Shown in pieces: positions 1-12,341 of a DNA stretch of 64,000 nucleotides. The DNA is from Mustelus asterias (Eukaryota), in NCBI RefSeq assembly GCF_964213995.1, contig NC_135827.1, forward strand, positions 3,224,001-3,288,000, written 5' to 3'. Made by a program: the position numbers and the translations under genes. Each line of letters opens with the position of its first letter. Position 1 is the stretch's first letter. The notes under the pieces are model-generated. The model searched no databases and was not told where the DNA came from. It saw nothing but the letters and a program-made list of their open reading frames with translations.

Positions 1-374
1 ACCAATGACCTTTCACTCGTACAGTTTTCTCTGAGCCATTTAGCCAGGGTGGAGAACATCAGATCAGATTGCTAATCGGCGTCTTGTAACCCCAGCTTGC
101 GAGTGCATGTGGCTCTGGTGCCCACAGTTTTGAAGATTGTGTTGACATTATTTGTTTGTTAGAATTGGACACATGGGTTAGAGTGTAGGTGTTAAACCTT
201 GTTCTGTGTAGAGCTTAGACGCAATGCACAATGACACATCTGGTGTTAAGGCTTTCTGTGGTTGTGAGAACTATTTGTTAAACCAATACTTAACATGAAA
301 TGCTCAAATTTGTTCCATTCGCTCAATTAATTTCTCCTATTTAACAATGATAATAACTGGAGGAAGCGAAGAGT

Positions 375-558
375 AAATCAGGAGTTGAGGCTAAAACATT
401 GTCTGATTTCAAGAAGAAATTAGATATTGCTCTTGGGGCTAAAGAGATCAAGAGATATGGGGGGAAGGGGGGATCAGGCCATTGAGTTGGATGATCAGCC
501 ATGATCATAATGGATGTCGGAGCAGGCTCGAAGGGCCGAATGGCCTACTCCTGCTCCG
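375..558 (+). mobile_element. CR1/HER1-type LINE 3' end fragment
   Basis: Ends in the CR1 3' UTR motif GATCAGCCATGATC...GGAGCAGGCTCGAAGGGCCGAATGGCCTACTCCTGCTCC, the same as in the young CR1 copies at 12342 and 21797. Confidence 0.8.
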
Positions 559-1045
559 AGGCTTTCAGGGGATCCCACAGAATGGATGTTAAGTGCATTC
601 TGTGGTGCAACATCAGAAGACCACAATACAGAAGGTTCAAAACCATTTGAGTAGATTTAGAGGACTCAGTGATACCAGCTGCAGGGTGGGTGTATGAACA
701 TCTCGCTGACCTAGATCCCAAGCAGGAATAGAGGAAACAAACAAATCTCCATTTATCTTTCATTCCCTCTGATGTTCCTAACTGCTTTCTGGCGAATGAT
801 GCAGTGTTTGCAGTCAGTGTTGTAATGTCGTATTTGTGGCAGCCAATTAACACTCAGCGAGCTCCCATAAACATCAGAGCGAGGAAAACACCACATGAGA
901 AAAATCAACCGTGCCGGAAGCTTCTATCCTCAGGAGTACTTTCCAAAATATTGGCCTTTTAAAGGAGCAGTTCGGACATTTTGTAGCACTGCCTTGCATG
1001 GCATGTCCAATCTCTGCAGACATCGGAGGTAACTTTAACTTGATA

Positions 1046-1178
1046 AAAGCAAAATATTGCGGATGCTGGAATCTGAAACCAAAAAAGAAAACACTGGAAA
1101 ATCTCAGCAGGTCTGACAGCCTCTGTAAGGAGAGAAAAGAGCTGATGTTTTAAGTCCAGATGACCCTTTGTCAAAGCT
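1046..1178 (-). mobile_element. Penelope-like terminal repeat fragment, family B
   Basis: AAAGCAAAATATTGCGGATGCTGGAATCTGAAA...AGCAGGTCTGACAGCCTCTGT recurs at 62107-62197. The minus strand has a degenerate hammerhead-like TTGACAAAGGGTCATCTGGACTTAAAAC, matching 54073-54118. Confidence 0.55.
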
Positions 1179-1435
1179 TGGTATTCACAGGAGATAATGG
1201 TACAGGAACAGGATAGTAACAGGGTGGTAATAGAACAAAACCGGGTGGGATTGGAAAGTAAGGGGGTGATAATGACCTCAAATTGGGATGGATTCACTGT
1301 TCCCGTAGACTCAAAGATCTGGCAGCAGCTCTTTTTGCAAGTGCCTATCAGTCAGTGTGAAATTTGGGATGCTATGATGCTATTTCAGACAGAGCTGCTC
1401 AGTGCAAATATCACATGCCAGTCACTGCAAACTCT

Positions 1436-1782
1436 CATAGAATCATAGAGTCCCTCCAGTACAGAAAGAGGCCATTTAGCCCATCGAGTCTGCACCGACC
1501 ACAATCCCACGCAGGCCCTACCCCCATATCCCTACATATTTTACCCACTAATCCCTCTAACCTATGCATCTCAGGACACTAAGGGGCAATTTTTAGCATG
1601 GCCAATCAACCTAACCCGCACATCTTTGGACTGTGGGAGGAAACCGGAGCACCCAGAGGAAACCCACGTAGGCACGAGGAGAACGTGCAAACTCCACACA
1701 GACAGTGACCCAAGCTGGGAATCGAACCCAGGTCCCTAGAGCTGTGAAGCAGCAGTGCTAACCACTGTGCTACCGTGCCGCC
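1436..1782 (-). mobile_element. HE1-type V-SINE, full length
   Basis: tRNA-like head with A box (TAGCACAGTGG) and B box (GGTTCGATTCC), central V-domain TGTGTGGAGTTTGCACGTTCTCC, CR1-like (ATTCTATG)n tail. Confidence 0.9.
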
Positions 1783-1866
1783 CAAGTCAGGATTGGCGTG
1801 GGGGTGAATAAGCTCCAAGGAAGCCAGACTCGCTTAGGGCCTAAACAATTTGGGCTTGTTGACATA

Positions 1867-2256
1867 GGGGAGGCAATGGCCTAGTAGCATTACCGCTAGA
1901 CTATTAATCCAGAAATTCAGCTCATGTTCTGGGGACCTGGGTTCGAATCCCACCACGGCAGATGGTGGAATTTGAATTCCATAAAAAATATCTGGAATTA
2001 AGAATCTACTGATGACCATGAAGCCATTGCCGATTGTCAGAAAAACCCATCTGGTTCACTAATGTCATTTAGGGAAGGAAATCTGCCATCCTTACCTGGT
2101 CTGGCCCACATGTGACTCCAGAGCCACAACAATGTGGCTGACTCTCAACTGCCATCTGAAATGGCCTAGCAAGCCACTTAGTTCAAGGGCAACGAGGGAT
2201 GGACATTAAATGCTGGCCAGCCAGTGACACCCAGGTCCAACGAATTAATAAAAAAA
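1867..2256 (+). mobile_element. tRNA-derived SINE, family 2, full length
   Basis: A box TGGCCTAGTAG, B box GGTTCGAATCC, core TGGTTCACTAATGTCATTTAGGGAAGGAAATCTGCC, A-rich end. The 3' tail matches the LINE at 28952-29428. Confidence 0.8.
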
Positions 2257-4393
2257 TCTCCACTCCCCCTCCCTCAGCTGTGATCAATAGGATCATTCCT
2301 CCAATTACTGCACTCCACCAGATATCTGACCAATAGCTAAAGTCTACCCAATTATCCCTTCTGACTTCTGATCATCCGGACCTGCTATACTGCACACACA
2401 TTCCTAAATCGCCGGTGCCTCACCCTCTCCAGGCATTGCCAAGAGAGCTTTCCCCTTCGATCAGGCTAAGACGAGCAGCCCAGCTTGCAAGCTATGTGAG
2501 CGGAGGGATTGCTGGAGATCCTGATTTGCCCTGGTTTGGACAGATGGTCTTGCTGTTTGACTCAGGGAAAGGAAAGAAAAGGTGAATCCAGCAACGTTCC
2601 TCAGTGACGTCACATTTCCTCTCAGTCAGTAATAGGGAGAGCACCCTGGGGATATGTTGAGGTGATCAGATTATTCACCAACACAACACAGACACAATGC
2701 AACAATGAGGAGAAGTGTGAGTAACAACATCGGCATCCTGACCTTAGGCTCTCTTCCCCTTTTTGTAAAGTCTTCATTCATAGTGGAGACTACAGAAAAC
2801 TGAGCCAAGAGTTGCAAGCGTCAAAAATTACTGAATGAAGGCTTAATCCATTCATAGAAAGTCCCTTTGTGCATTATGTGAACAGAGAGGGATCTTTTCA
2901 TTCATAATATAACAGGTCTCCCATGACATGGCTCAGGGAGTTGGTATTTCCCAACAGGATGTCCAATCAACTGGTGAATATCTTATTGATCGCACAAGGA
3001 CCTAGAAATCTGAATGCGGCCATTCCTGGGCATGTCAGGGATGTATCGGATCAATCGCTGCATCTGAAATGGAAACAGAATGCTCGGCAAGCCAGGCAAG
3101 AGAGAGAAAGTGAACAATTCCAGTTGATTTAAACAGCAGCCACAATAGCAGTGACTGTGGTTTGTTTAAATCGAATCCACATGTCCTGTTACTGCCCCCA
3201 CCATTGCTAATCGGGCGCTGAACACATCTCCATATCAATGAATGTGTTGACCTGACCCTCTGAATATCGCGTCTTATTCCCATTTCCTCTGTGTGGCGGG
3301 GAGTGGTCCTGGTTATATTTCCCACCCCCGCCCAGTGCGAAAATTCAGAGTCCGGAGATAAGAGGCCTCACAGCAACATTGGGACAGCTTCCTCTCAGTA
3401 TGAGATACACCCCCTGTCAATCCAGCCTCACCCCTCGATGAATTGAAGGAGTGACATTTGGAGGGTGGCAGAAACTGACTGATGCTGCCTTCTCAGACAT
3501 GCCCTCCTCGGAACATCTCATGATGCAATTTGGCAAAGAAAGGGGCTAGAAGCTTGGGCACACAACTGGAGATCTAATGCTACTTCTGGGAACGTGGTGT
3601 ATGTTGACTGATTCCTGCATAGCTCGTGTGACTGTGCAGAGGATGATAAATGTCCCGTAACTTCAGGGGGTGAGGAGATCATCGAGGCAGATGTGGAAGG
3701 AGATGAGTCAGGGGCAACAGGCAGGAACCGTCTGCCCAAGACATGGTTCTCACTGTCTGAGTGCTCAGTCATTGTCCACAGCTTTCTCAGGTGAATCATC
3801 AGCTAGGGCACCAAAGGACATCTCTTCTCACCCAATCGCCAGCCATGCACGTTACAGGGAGATTCAGAGATCTGTGCAATGGATAACTACCCCATTATAA
3901 AAGCAGCATGGTCACTCACTGGATGCAAATATTCACCGATATGATGCACTGTCGGGGGTCACTGCATGTTGAGTTTAAATAAGGGACTCGAAGAGGCTAC
4001 GTGTGTCAGACAACTCTCTAGATGATGGGGAATAGCGGAATCCTGCCTAACCCGGGATGCCTCTGCTCTTTTCTGACAATAAGTAATGATATATACTCAC
4101 TCCTCACAGAGTGTGGAATCAGAGGGGTTCCCGAGGGCAGATTTACACTGAGAATTGTAAAATGTGACTGATACCCCCTGGGGCAGCCTGGAATGTTCCA
4201 GTAACATGAAAATTAAACATTGCTGTGAGCCTGGCTGTCACGGGGAAGGCAGTCCTGCCTCTGCCGAGAGATCAGAGACTCCCTTCCACTAGGTCACCGA
4301 TCACTTTCACAATCTCCTTGGTAAAAAGCAGCTTCCTCACGCACTGGCCTCAGGACCCTGCAGAGCCTGACTCGATAGGCCCCACTGCTGTGA

Positions 4394-4640
4394 ACCCTCC
4401 TCACTCTCCTCACTGTCCTCACCTTCCTCACCCTCCTCACCCTCCTCACCCTCCTCACCCCCTCACCCTCCTCACCCTCTTCACCCCCTCACTCTCCTCA
4501 CCCTCCTCACCCTCCTCACCCTCCTCACCCCCTCACCCTCCTCACCCTCCTCACCCCCTCACCCTCCTCACCCCCCCTCACCTCCTCACCCTCCTCACCC
4601 TCTTCACCCTCCTCACTCCTCTCACTCTCACAACCTCCTC
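4394..4640. repeat. Minisatellite (CCTCCTCAC)n, ~9-bp unit
   Basis: Degenerate tandem CCTCCTCAC/CCCCTCAC array read directly. Confidence 0.9.
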
Positions 4641-5130
4641 CCCTCCTGTCCCTCACTTTCCTGGCCCTCTCTCCTCCAGTAGCAGATTCTGTGCCTGACC
4701 TCTTCTCCTCTCCATCCTCCTTCAGCTCAAGGGGACCCTGAGCAAGATCCCAAAGACCCGACATTGTCCTTATCTGGATAATCCCCATCAAGTATCTGGT
4801 ATGATCCAGTGCCATTGTATTGCCTCTTTCTGCTGATCTCAAGTAACCAGTAACCAGTCAAAGCTGAACATGGTTTTTAAGCGAAAACCACAATCGTCAT
4901 CAATAATTCCTTTGTTCAGCTTCTTGTTGCCCGGTGAGTTTAACGATAATGCTCGCCAGCAAAATGGCCGTTGATCTTTTTAATGAGAATTAGGAGCCAA
5001 ATTAATTGGTAACCAGAGCTTAATCATCATCGGGGCAGCCCTTACTATTGGGCACTCCTTGGAAAAGTAGTAACTCCTTTACCAAGATGGCATCTTGCAG
5101 TAGATGTGAGTTCTTTGGCCACTTCTTATA

Positions 5131-5795
5131 CAAAGAACAAAAAAAGTACAGCACAGGAACAGGCCCTTCGGCCCTCCAAGCTCGTGCCAATCATGATGCC
5201 CGAACGAAACTAAAACAAAACCTTCTGCCCTTACTCGGTCCATACCCCTCTATTCCCTCCCTATTCATGTACCTATCCAGATGCCTCTTAAATGTTGCTA
5301 ATATGCCTGCTTCCACCATCTCCTCTGGCAGCGCGTTCCAGACACCCACCCCTCTCTGCATGAAAAAACTTCCCCTGCACATCTCCCTTAAACTTTCCCC
5401 CTCTCACCTTGAACCTGTGCCCCCTTGTAATTGACACTTCCACCCTGGGAAAAAGCCTCTGACTATCCACCCTGTCTGTGCCTCTCATAATTTTGTAGAC
5501 CTCTATCAGGTCTCCCCTCAGCCTCCGTTTTTCCAGTGAAAACAATCCTAGTTTATTCAACCTCTCCTCACAGCCAACACCCTCGAGACCAGGCAACATC
5601 CTGGTGAACATTCTTTACACTCTCTCCAAAACTTCAACGTCCTTCTGATAGTGTGGTGACCAGAACTGCACACAGTACTCCAAATGCGGCCTAACCACAA
5701 CATGATTTCCCAACTCTTACACTCAGTCCCCTGGCTGATGAAGGCAAGCATGCCATATGCTTTCTTAGTCACCTTGGCCACCTGCCTTTCCACTT
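5131..5795 (-). mobile_element. CR1/HER1 LINE 3' fragment (RT C-terminus, degenerate)
   Basis: ORF pieces FTRMLPGLEG...[22 protein letters not shown] and VWNALPEEMVEAG...FKRHLD, plus a (TTCTTTG)-type tail. Confidence 0.9.
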
Positions 5796-5799
5796 TTAT

Positions 5800-6100
5800 G
5801 TTTAAGTTTATTTATTAGTCACAAGTAGGCTTACATTAACACTGCAATGAAGTTACTGTGAAAATTCCCTTGTCGCCGCACTCCAGTGCCTGTTCAGGTA
5901 CACTGAGGGAGAATTTAGCATGGCCAATGCACCTAACCAGCACACGCTTTGGACTGTGGGAGGAAACTGGAGCACCCGGAGGAAACCCACGCAGACATGG
6001 GGAGAACGTGCAGACTCCACACAGACAGTGACCCAAGTCGGGAATCAAACCCGGGTCCCTGGCGCTGTGAGGCAGCAGTGCTAACCACTGTGCCACTCTG
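5800..6100 (-). mobile_element. V-SINE with alternative 3' tail
   Basis: HE1 head and V-domain, but the tail is TTCACAGTAACTTCATTGCAGTGTTAATGTAAGCCTACTTGTGACTAATAAATAAACTT. The same tail occurs at 34655-34926 and 36507-36812. Confidence 0.85.
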
Positions 6101-6877
6101 CGACCCCACTATGCTCTCTAAGGCCAAACTGCTTCAGTGGGGAATATAGCCCCCAAATATTATCATCCTGTTTGAGGCAATTCTCACAGTTTATTCACAA
6201 ACATTCCTCACCGAACCAACACAGTCGGGGGGAAGAAACAAATGAAGAGATCATGGCTTTCTGCGGATCCTTGTTGTATGTAAAATGACCTTGACTTTCT
6301 ATAAATAATAACACAGTAAATAACTTTGCGAAATACTTTGAAATGTTGCACAGACTGGACAAGAGGTCTTTCTTTCATTACTAACAGCCATATGCTTTAA
6401 TTTTGAATCCAAGATGTATTTAAAAATATAATCTGCAGTTGGGATGCTGACAATCAGTGCCACTGGTCTCTGCAATCTCTAAGCTTGACGCAATACTTTA
6501 TTTAGGTTGCATTCAGTGATATTTGCAGCTTGATGTATCATTTCCCTATTGTTTGTGCAGTGGCCGTGACCTCGTGGACCTGGATGTATTTATAATTCCC
6601 TGCCTTTCCTCTGGGTAAGGTGTGTTTGTGCAGACGTGCTGTGCAGTCGCTTTCCTGTGCGTTGGGAGTTTAGTCTTTGGCCACTTGTTGCTTCCGTTCT
6701 TTCCTGCTGGTGATGCTGGGAGCTGCAGTGCTGAGGCACAGTCAGTCGCTTATTCATCCATTGGAGGGCAGATCCATCTGAATGAGCTCGGAAGCCAGAT
6801 TGCTTGTTCATTATCCAAACGATCAATCCTTTGAGCCTGCTCCACCATTCAATAAGATCTGATTGATCTGAGAGATA

Positions 6878-7210
6878 GATAGAATCCCTACAGTGCAGAA
6901 GGAGGCCATTCAGCCCATCGAGCTGCACTGACAACAATCCCATCCAGGTCCTATCCCTGTAATCCCACATATTTACCGTGCTAATCCCCCTAACCTATAC
7001 ATCTTGAGACACTAAGGGGCAATTTAGCGTGGCCAATCAACCTAACACGCACATCTTTGGACTGTGGGAGGAAACCGGAGCATCAGGAGGAAACCCACAC
7101 AGACATGGGGAGAACGCGCAAACGCCACACATACAGTCACCCGAGGCTGGAATTGAACCCGGGTCCCTGGCGCTGTTCGGCAGCAGTGCTAAGCAATGTG
7201 CCACCATGCC
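6878..7210 (-). mobile_element. HE1-type V-SINE
   Basis: Head, V-domain and tail homologous to 1436-1782. Confidence 0.85.
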
Positions 7211-7424
7211 TCCCACTGGAAACTCTCCAAAAGCTGTTGCCCAAATACCTCAATTCAACCAGACTGCATTCTCCCCGTATTCCTTAATTCCGCTCATACC
7301 AAAAGTTCAGCTGCCCCTCTCTCCTGAATACAATCACTGAACACCCACAGCTGTCTGCAGAATTTCAAAGATTCACAACCCTTTGAGTGAAGACATTTCT
7401 TCTCATCACTGTCATAAGTGTCAT

Positions 7425-8290
7425 GTGTGGCTCAGTTGCTCACACGGTCTCCTCTGCATTGCAAGGTTTTGGGTTCAAGTCCCATTCCAGGAATTGAGTA
7501 CAAAGATCACGGCTGATAATCCAGAGCAGGACTGAGGGAATGCTACAATGTTCGGATGAGATGTTAAACTGAGGTGCTCAGCCTGCTCATCATAATCAAG
7601 TAAATATCCCATGGCACGGTGGCACAGTGGTTAGTGCTGTTGCCTCACATCACCAGGGACCCGGGTTTGATTCCAGCTTTGGGTCACCGGCCGGAGCTCT
7701 ACCACTTCGTTGGCCATGGAATCGGCGCGGGCAAGGGTCCGACAACGGAAATCTCCGTTGATCTCGGGTGGGAATTTCCAGTCTCACAGAGCTAGGTCCT
7801 AAAATTCCGCCCATTGTCTGTGTGGAGTTTGCACCTTCTCCCCATGTCTGTATGGGTTTCCTCCAGCTGCTCCGGTTTTCTCCCACACTCCAAAGAAGTG
7901 CAGGTTGGGTCGATTGGCCATGCGACATTGCCCTTTAGTGTCCAAAGATAAATAGGTTAGGGGGATTAGTGGGGTAAATATGTGGGGTTATGGGGTAAGC
8001 CTGGGTAAGGGGCAGTGTGGATTCGATGGGTCAAATGGCCTCCTTCTGCACTGTAGGGATTCTATGATTGTCCGAGTTTTCCTTCCTTTGATCCTTCAAT
8101 CAAAATCATAAAAACAGACAATCTGACCATTATCACGTTGCTATTTTTGGGAGATTTCTGTGTGTAAGTTGGTTATTGGATTTCCAACATTGTACCTGTG
8201 GCTATACTTTAAAAATATTTCATCAACAGTAAAGCAATTTGAGAGATTCAGTGGTCGTGAAAAGCTCTAAATAAAGGCCAGGTTATATTT
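7425..8290 (+). mobile_element. SacSINE1/DeuSINE-like ancient SINE interrupted by an HE1 SINE
   Basis: Head GTGGCTCAGTTG...GGGTTCAAGTCCCATTCCAG...ACTGAGGGAATGCT...CGGATGAGATGTTAAACTGAGG at 7425-7612, resuming after ~8070 with CATTATCACGTTGCT...GTCGTGAAA. Family name from recall. Confidence 0.6.
7613..8070 (+). mobile_element. HE1-type V-SINE carrying a nested MITE (~7689-7812)
   Basis: The SINE motif GGGTCAC|TGTCTGTGTGGAG is split by ~125 bp ending AAAATTCCGCCC. Confidence 0.8.
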
Positions 8291-8531
8291 TTTAAAAAAC
8301 CAATCAGTTATTATGAGACAGTGATCCGTAACTCTGACCTCCTGAGCTGCAGGAAACATCCTCCCAGAATCTCCCCTGTCTATCTCCTTAAGAATTTCAT
8401 ATGCTTCAATTAGATCACCTCTTATTGTCTACTCACCCTCTCCTCATTCCAGGAATCTGTCCATCGTTACACTCCCTTCAAAGCAAGAATATCCTTCCTT
8501 AGGTAGAGACCAAAATTCCATTCTTATTCCA

Positions 8532-9556
8532 AAGAACAAAGAAAAGTACAGCACAGGAACAGGCCCTTCGGCCCTCCAAGCATGTGCCGATCATGATGCC
8601 CTAACTAAACTAAAAAAAACCTTCTGCCCTTACTCAGCCCGTATCCCTCTATTCCCTCCCTATTCATGTACCCATCGTAAATGTTGCTAATGTGCTTGCT
8701 TCCACCACCTTCACTGGCAGCGCATTCCAGGCACTCACCACTCTCTGTGTGAAAAATGTCTCCCGCACATCTCTTAAACGTTTCCTCTCTCACCTTGAAC
8801 CTGTGTCCCCTTCCACCCTTGGAAAAATCCTCTGATTATCCACCCTGTCTGTGCCTCTCATAATTTTGTAGACCTCTATCAGGTCTCCCCTCAGCCTCCG
8901 TCTTTCCAGTGAAAACAATCCTAGTTTATTCAGCCTCTCCTCCTAGTCAACACTCTCGAGACCAGGCAACATCCTGGTGAACCTTCTTTGCACTCTCTCC
9001 AAAGCTTCCATGTCCTTCTGGTCGTGTGGTGACCAGAACGCCACACAATACTCCAAATGTGGCCGAACCAAGGTTTTGATTAGCCGCAACATGATTTCCC
9101 AACTCTTGTACTCAATGCCCTGGCTGATGAAGCATGCCATATGCCTTCTTAATCACCTTGGCCACCTGTGTTGCTACTTTTAGGGAACTGTGGACCTGCA
9201 CGCCCAGATCCCTCTGTATGTTAATGTTCCTAAGGGTTCTGCCATTTACAGTATACCTAAATTTGATCCTCCAAAATGCATTTGTCTGGATTAAACTCCA
9301 TTTGCCTATTCTATGCCCAAGTCTCCAATCTATCTTTATCCTGTTGTATCCTCTGACAATCCCCGGCACTATCAGCAACTCCACCAATCTTTGTGTCTTC
9401 CGCAAGCTCACTAATCAGACCACCCACACTTTCCTCCAGATCATCATGCTACGAACAACAGAGGTCCCAGCATTGATCCCCGCAAGACACCACTAGCTAC
9501 AGATCTCCATTTTGAAAAACACCCTTCCACCGCTACTCTCTGTTTTCTATAACCAA
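8532..9556 (-). mobile_element. CR1/HER1 LINE 3' part (RT, degenerate)
   Basis: ORF pieces [16 protein letters not shown]...LERVQRRFTRMLPGL and QRDLGVQVHSSLK, with the same tail as 5131. Confidence 0.9.
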
Positions 9557-11138
9557 GTAAGAAGTCTCACAACACCAGGTTAAAGTCCAACAGGTTTATT
9601 TGGTAGCAAAAGCCATTAGCTTTCGGAGCGCTTGCTGCTCCTTCGTCAGGTGAGTGGGAGTTCTGTTCACAAACAGGGCATATAAAGACACAAACTCAAT
9701 TTACAAAATAATGGTTGGAATGCGAGTCTTTACAGGTAATCAAGTCTCAAAGGTACAGACAATGTGAGTGGAGAGAGCGTTAAGCACAGGTTAAAGAGAT
9801 GTGTATTGTCTCCAAACAGGACAGTTAGTGAGATTTTGCAAGCCCAGGCAAGTCGTGGGGGTTACAGATAGTGTGACATGAACCCAAGATCCCGGTTGAG
9901 GCCGTCCTCATGTGTGCGGAACTTGGCTATCAGTCTCTGCTCAGCGACTCTGCGCTGTCGTGTGTCGTGAAGGCCGCCTTGGAGAACGCTTACCCGAAGA
10001 ACAGAGGCTGAATGCTTGTGACTGCTGAAGTGTTCCCCAACAGGAAGAGAACACTCTTGCCTGGTGATTGTCGAGCGGTGTTCATTCATCCGTTGTCGTA
10101 GCGTCTGCATGGTCTCCCCAATGTACCATGCCTCGGGACATCCTTTCCTGCAGCGTATCAGGTAGACAACATTGGCCGAGTTGCAAGAGTATGTACCGTG
10201 TACCTGGTGGATAGTGTTCTCACCATGTCGATGATCTGGCACATCTTGCAGAGGTTGCTGTGGCAGGGTTGTGTGGTGTCGTGGTCACTGTTCGCCTGAA
10301 GGCTGCGGACAATGATCTGTCTGAGGTTGTGCGGTTGTTTGAAGGTAAGAAGTGGGGGTGTGGGGATGGCCTTGGCGAGATGTTCGTCTTCATCAATGAC
10401 ATGTTGAAGGCTCTGGAGAAGATGTCGTAGCTTCTCCCCTCTGGGGGAAGTACCTGGACGACGAAGGGTACTCTGTCCACCGTGTCCCCCGTGTTTGTCT
10501 TCTGAGGAGGTCGGTGTGGCTTTTCGCTGTGGCGCGTCGGAACTGTCGATCGATGAGTCAAGCGCCATATCCTGTTCTTATGAGGGTGTCTTTCAGCGTC
10601 TGGAGGTGTCTGTTGCGATCCTCCTCATCCGAGCAGATCCTGTGTATACGGAGGGCTTGTCCATTGGGGATGGATTGTTTAACGTGTTTTGAGTGAAAGC
10701 TGGAGAAGTGGAGCATCGTGAGGTTATCTGTGGGCTTGCGGTACAGTGAGGTGCTGAGGTGACCGTCCTTAATGGAGATGCGTGTGTCCAAGAATGCAAC
10801 CGATTCCGGAGAGTATTTCATGGTGAGTCTGATGGTGGGATGGAACTTGTTGATGTCATCATAGAGTTGTTTCAGTGATTGTTCACCATGAGTCCAAAGG
10901 AAGAAAATGTCATCGATGTATAGCATCGGTTGAAGGTCCTGTGCGGTGAAGAAGTCTTGTTCGAACCTGTGCATGAAGATGTTGGCATATTGAGGTGCGA
11001 ATTTGGTCCCCATGGCTGTTCCGTGTGTCTGGATGAAGAACTGGTTGTTGAAGGTTAAGACATTGTGGTCCAGGATGAAGCGGATGAGATGTAAAATTGC
11101 ATCTGGAAACTGGCAGTTGTTGGTGCTGAGCACTGATT
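9557..11138 (-). mobile_element. Penelope-like retroelement, 5'-truncated (RT plus GIY-YIG endonuclease, frameshifted)
   Basis: RT motifs QTHGTAMGTKFAPQYANIFM, YIDDIFFLW, FLD, YRKPTD (10558-11148). GIY-YIG motifs NVVYLIRC...YIGET...RMNEH...GLNRD (9862-10242). Terminal repeat at 9557-9860. Confidence 0.92.
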
Positions 11139-12010
11139 GATACGTCATTTCCCAATACCAAGTCTAGTTCCGTCCCCTCCCTCCTTGGTTGGATTGTCAA
11201 CATACTGAATCAAAAAGCCCTCCTGGTCACATCTAACAAATTGCAGTCCCCTGGCTCCCAGGGAATCCCAGTCAATATGGGGGGAAGTTAAAGTCGTCCA
11301 CCACAACTACGCTTCTTTTTTCAAACCTTTCCATTAACTGACTACACAACTGCTCCTCTGTCTCCTGCGGGCTGTTGGGAGGTCTATAGTACACTCCCAA
11401 CATTGTGATTTCACCCTTCCTATTCCTTGCTCTACCCATAATGCTTCACTACAAGATCCCTCCAATGTCTCCTTCCTCAACACAGATTTAATGTGTTCCC
11501 GAATCAGCAATGTAACTCCCCCACCCCTTTTGTTTCCCCTTCTGTCCCGTCTAAAACAACGATATCCGGGAATGTTAAGCTGCCAGTCCTGTCCCTCCTT
11601 TAACCATGTCTCCGTAATTGCAATTACTTCATAATTCCATGCAGTAATCCAGGCTCTCAGTTCACCTGTTTCACCTGTTATACTTCTTGCATTGAAGCAA
11701 ATGCACTCCAGACCTCCAGTCCCGCTGAGCCCCGTGGCTTCCCTCCTCCTGCTCTTACTCTGCGCTGCGTTTATCTCAATCTCACTTTTTTCCACAGTCC
11801 CTACACTTACTGGCCTGCTGTTCCGGTTCCCAGCCCCCTGCTATACTAGTTTAAACCCTCCCAAACAGCACGAGCAAACCTCCCACCCAGGATATTGGTG
11901 CCCACTAGTTCAGGTGCTACCCATCCTTGTACAAGTCCCACCTTCCCCAGAAGACATTCCAGTGATTCCTATATCTAAAGCCCTCCCTCCTCCACCAGTT
12001 CTTTAGCCAC
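11139..12010 (-). mobile_element. CR1 LINE 5' part: ORF1 C-terminus and APE endonuclease N-terminus
   Basis: ORF 11334-11795 has CICFNARSI...IAITETWL...IPGYRCFRRDR...RGGGV. Upstream reads WLKNWWRREGFRY...FWGRWDLYKDG, typical of the ORF1 SGNH esterase. Confidence 0.88.
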
Positions 12011-12341
12011 GTGAAATCTCAGGTTGGTGAGTGTTCAGCGCCCATCATCCTGAGAGTCAGAGCGCAAACCATCCCCGCTGTTCACGACAATTAGATTGGC
12101 CGACAGCTCTCCAACCCGTCCAGACACAGCACTGCAGCACTGTCTAAGTCCCGGAACCGCACTTCATAAGTACTAGGGGTCCCATGAGTAATGGGGTTGG
12201 GAGGGTGGGGGATGCCCTAGGGAATTGGGAGGGTGGTGATCTTGGTGTCAGGGTTAGATCGGGGGTGTGGAGGGGGAGGGAGGGCTGGAGCTCGCAGGTC
12301 CCTGAGGAGGGGGCACCCCAAATCTGAAGAGGTCTTCATGT

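Noticed and set aside
1700-1782. tRNA genes suggested by A/B boxes
   Set aside because: The boxes belong to tRNA-derived SINE heads continuous with SINE bodies. I saw no standalone cloverleaf.
4225-4842. 157-aa Pro/His-rich and 105-aa Glu/Gly-rich ORFs
   Set aside because: They are open mainly because of the (CCTCCTCAC)n minisatellite.
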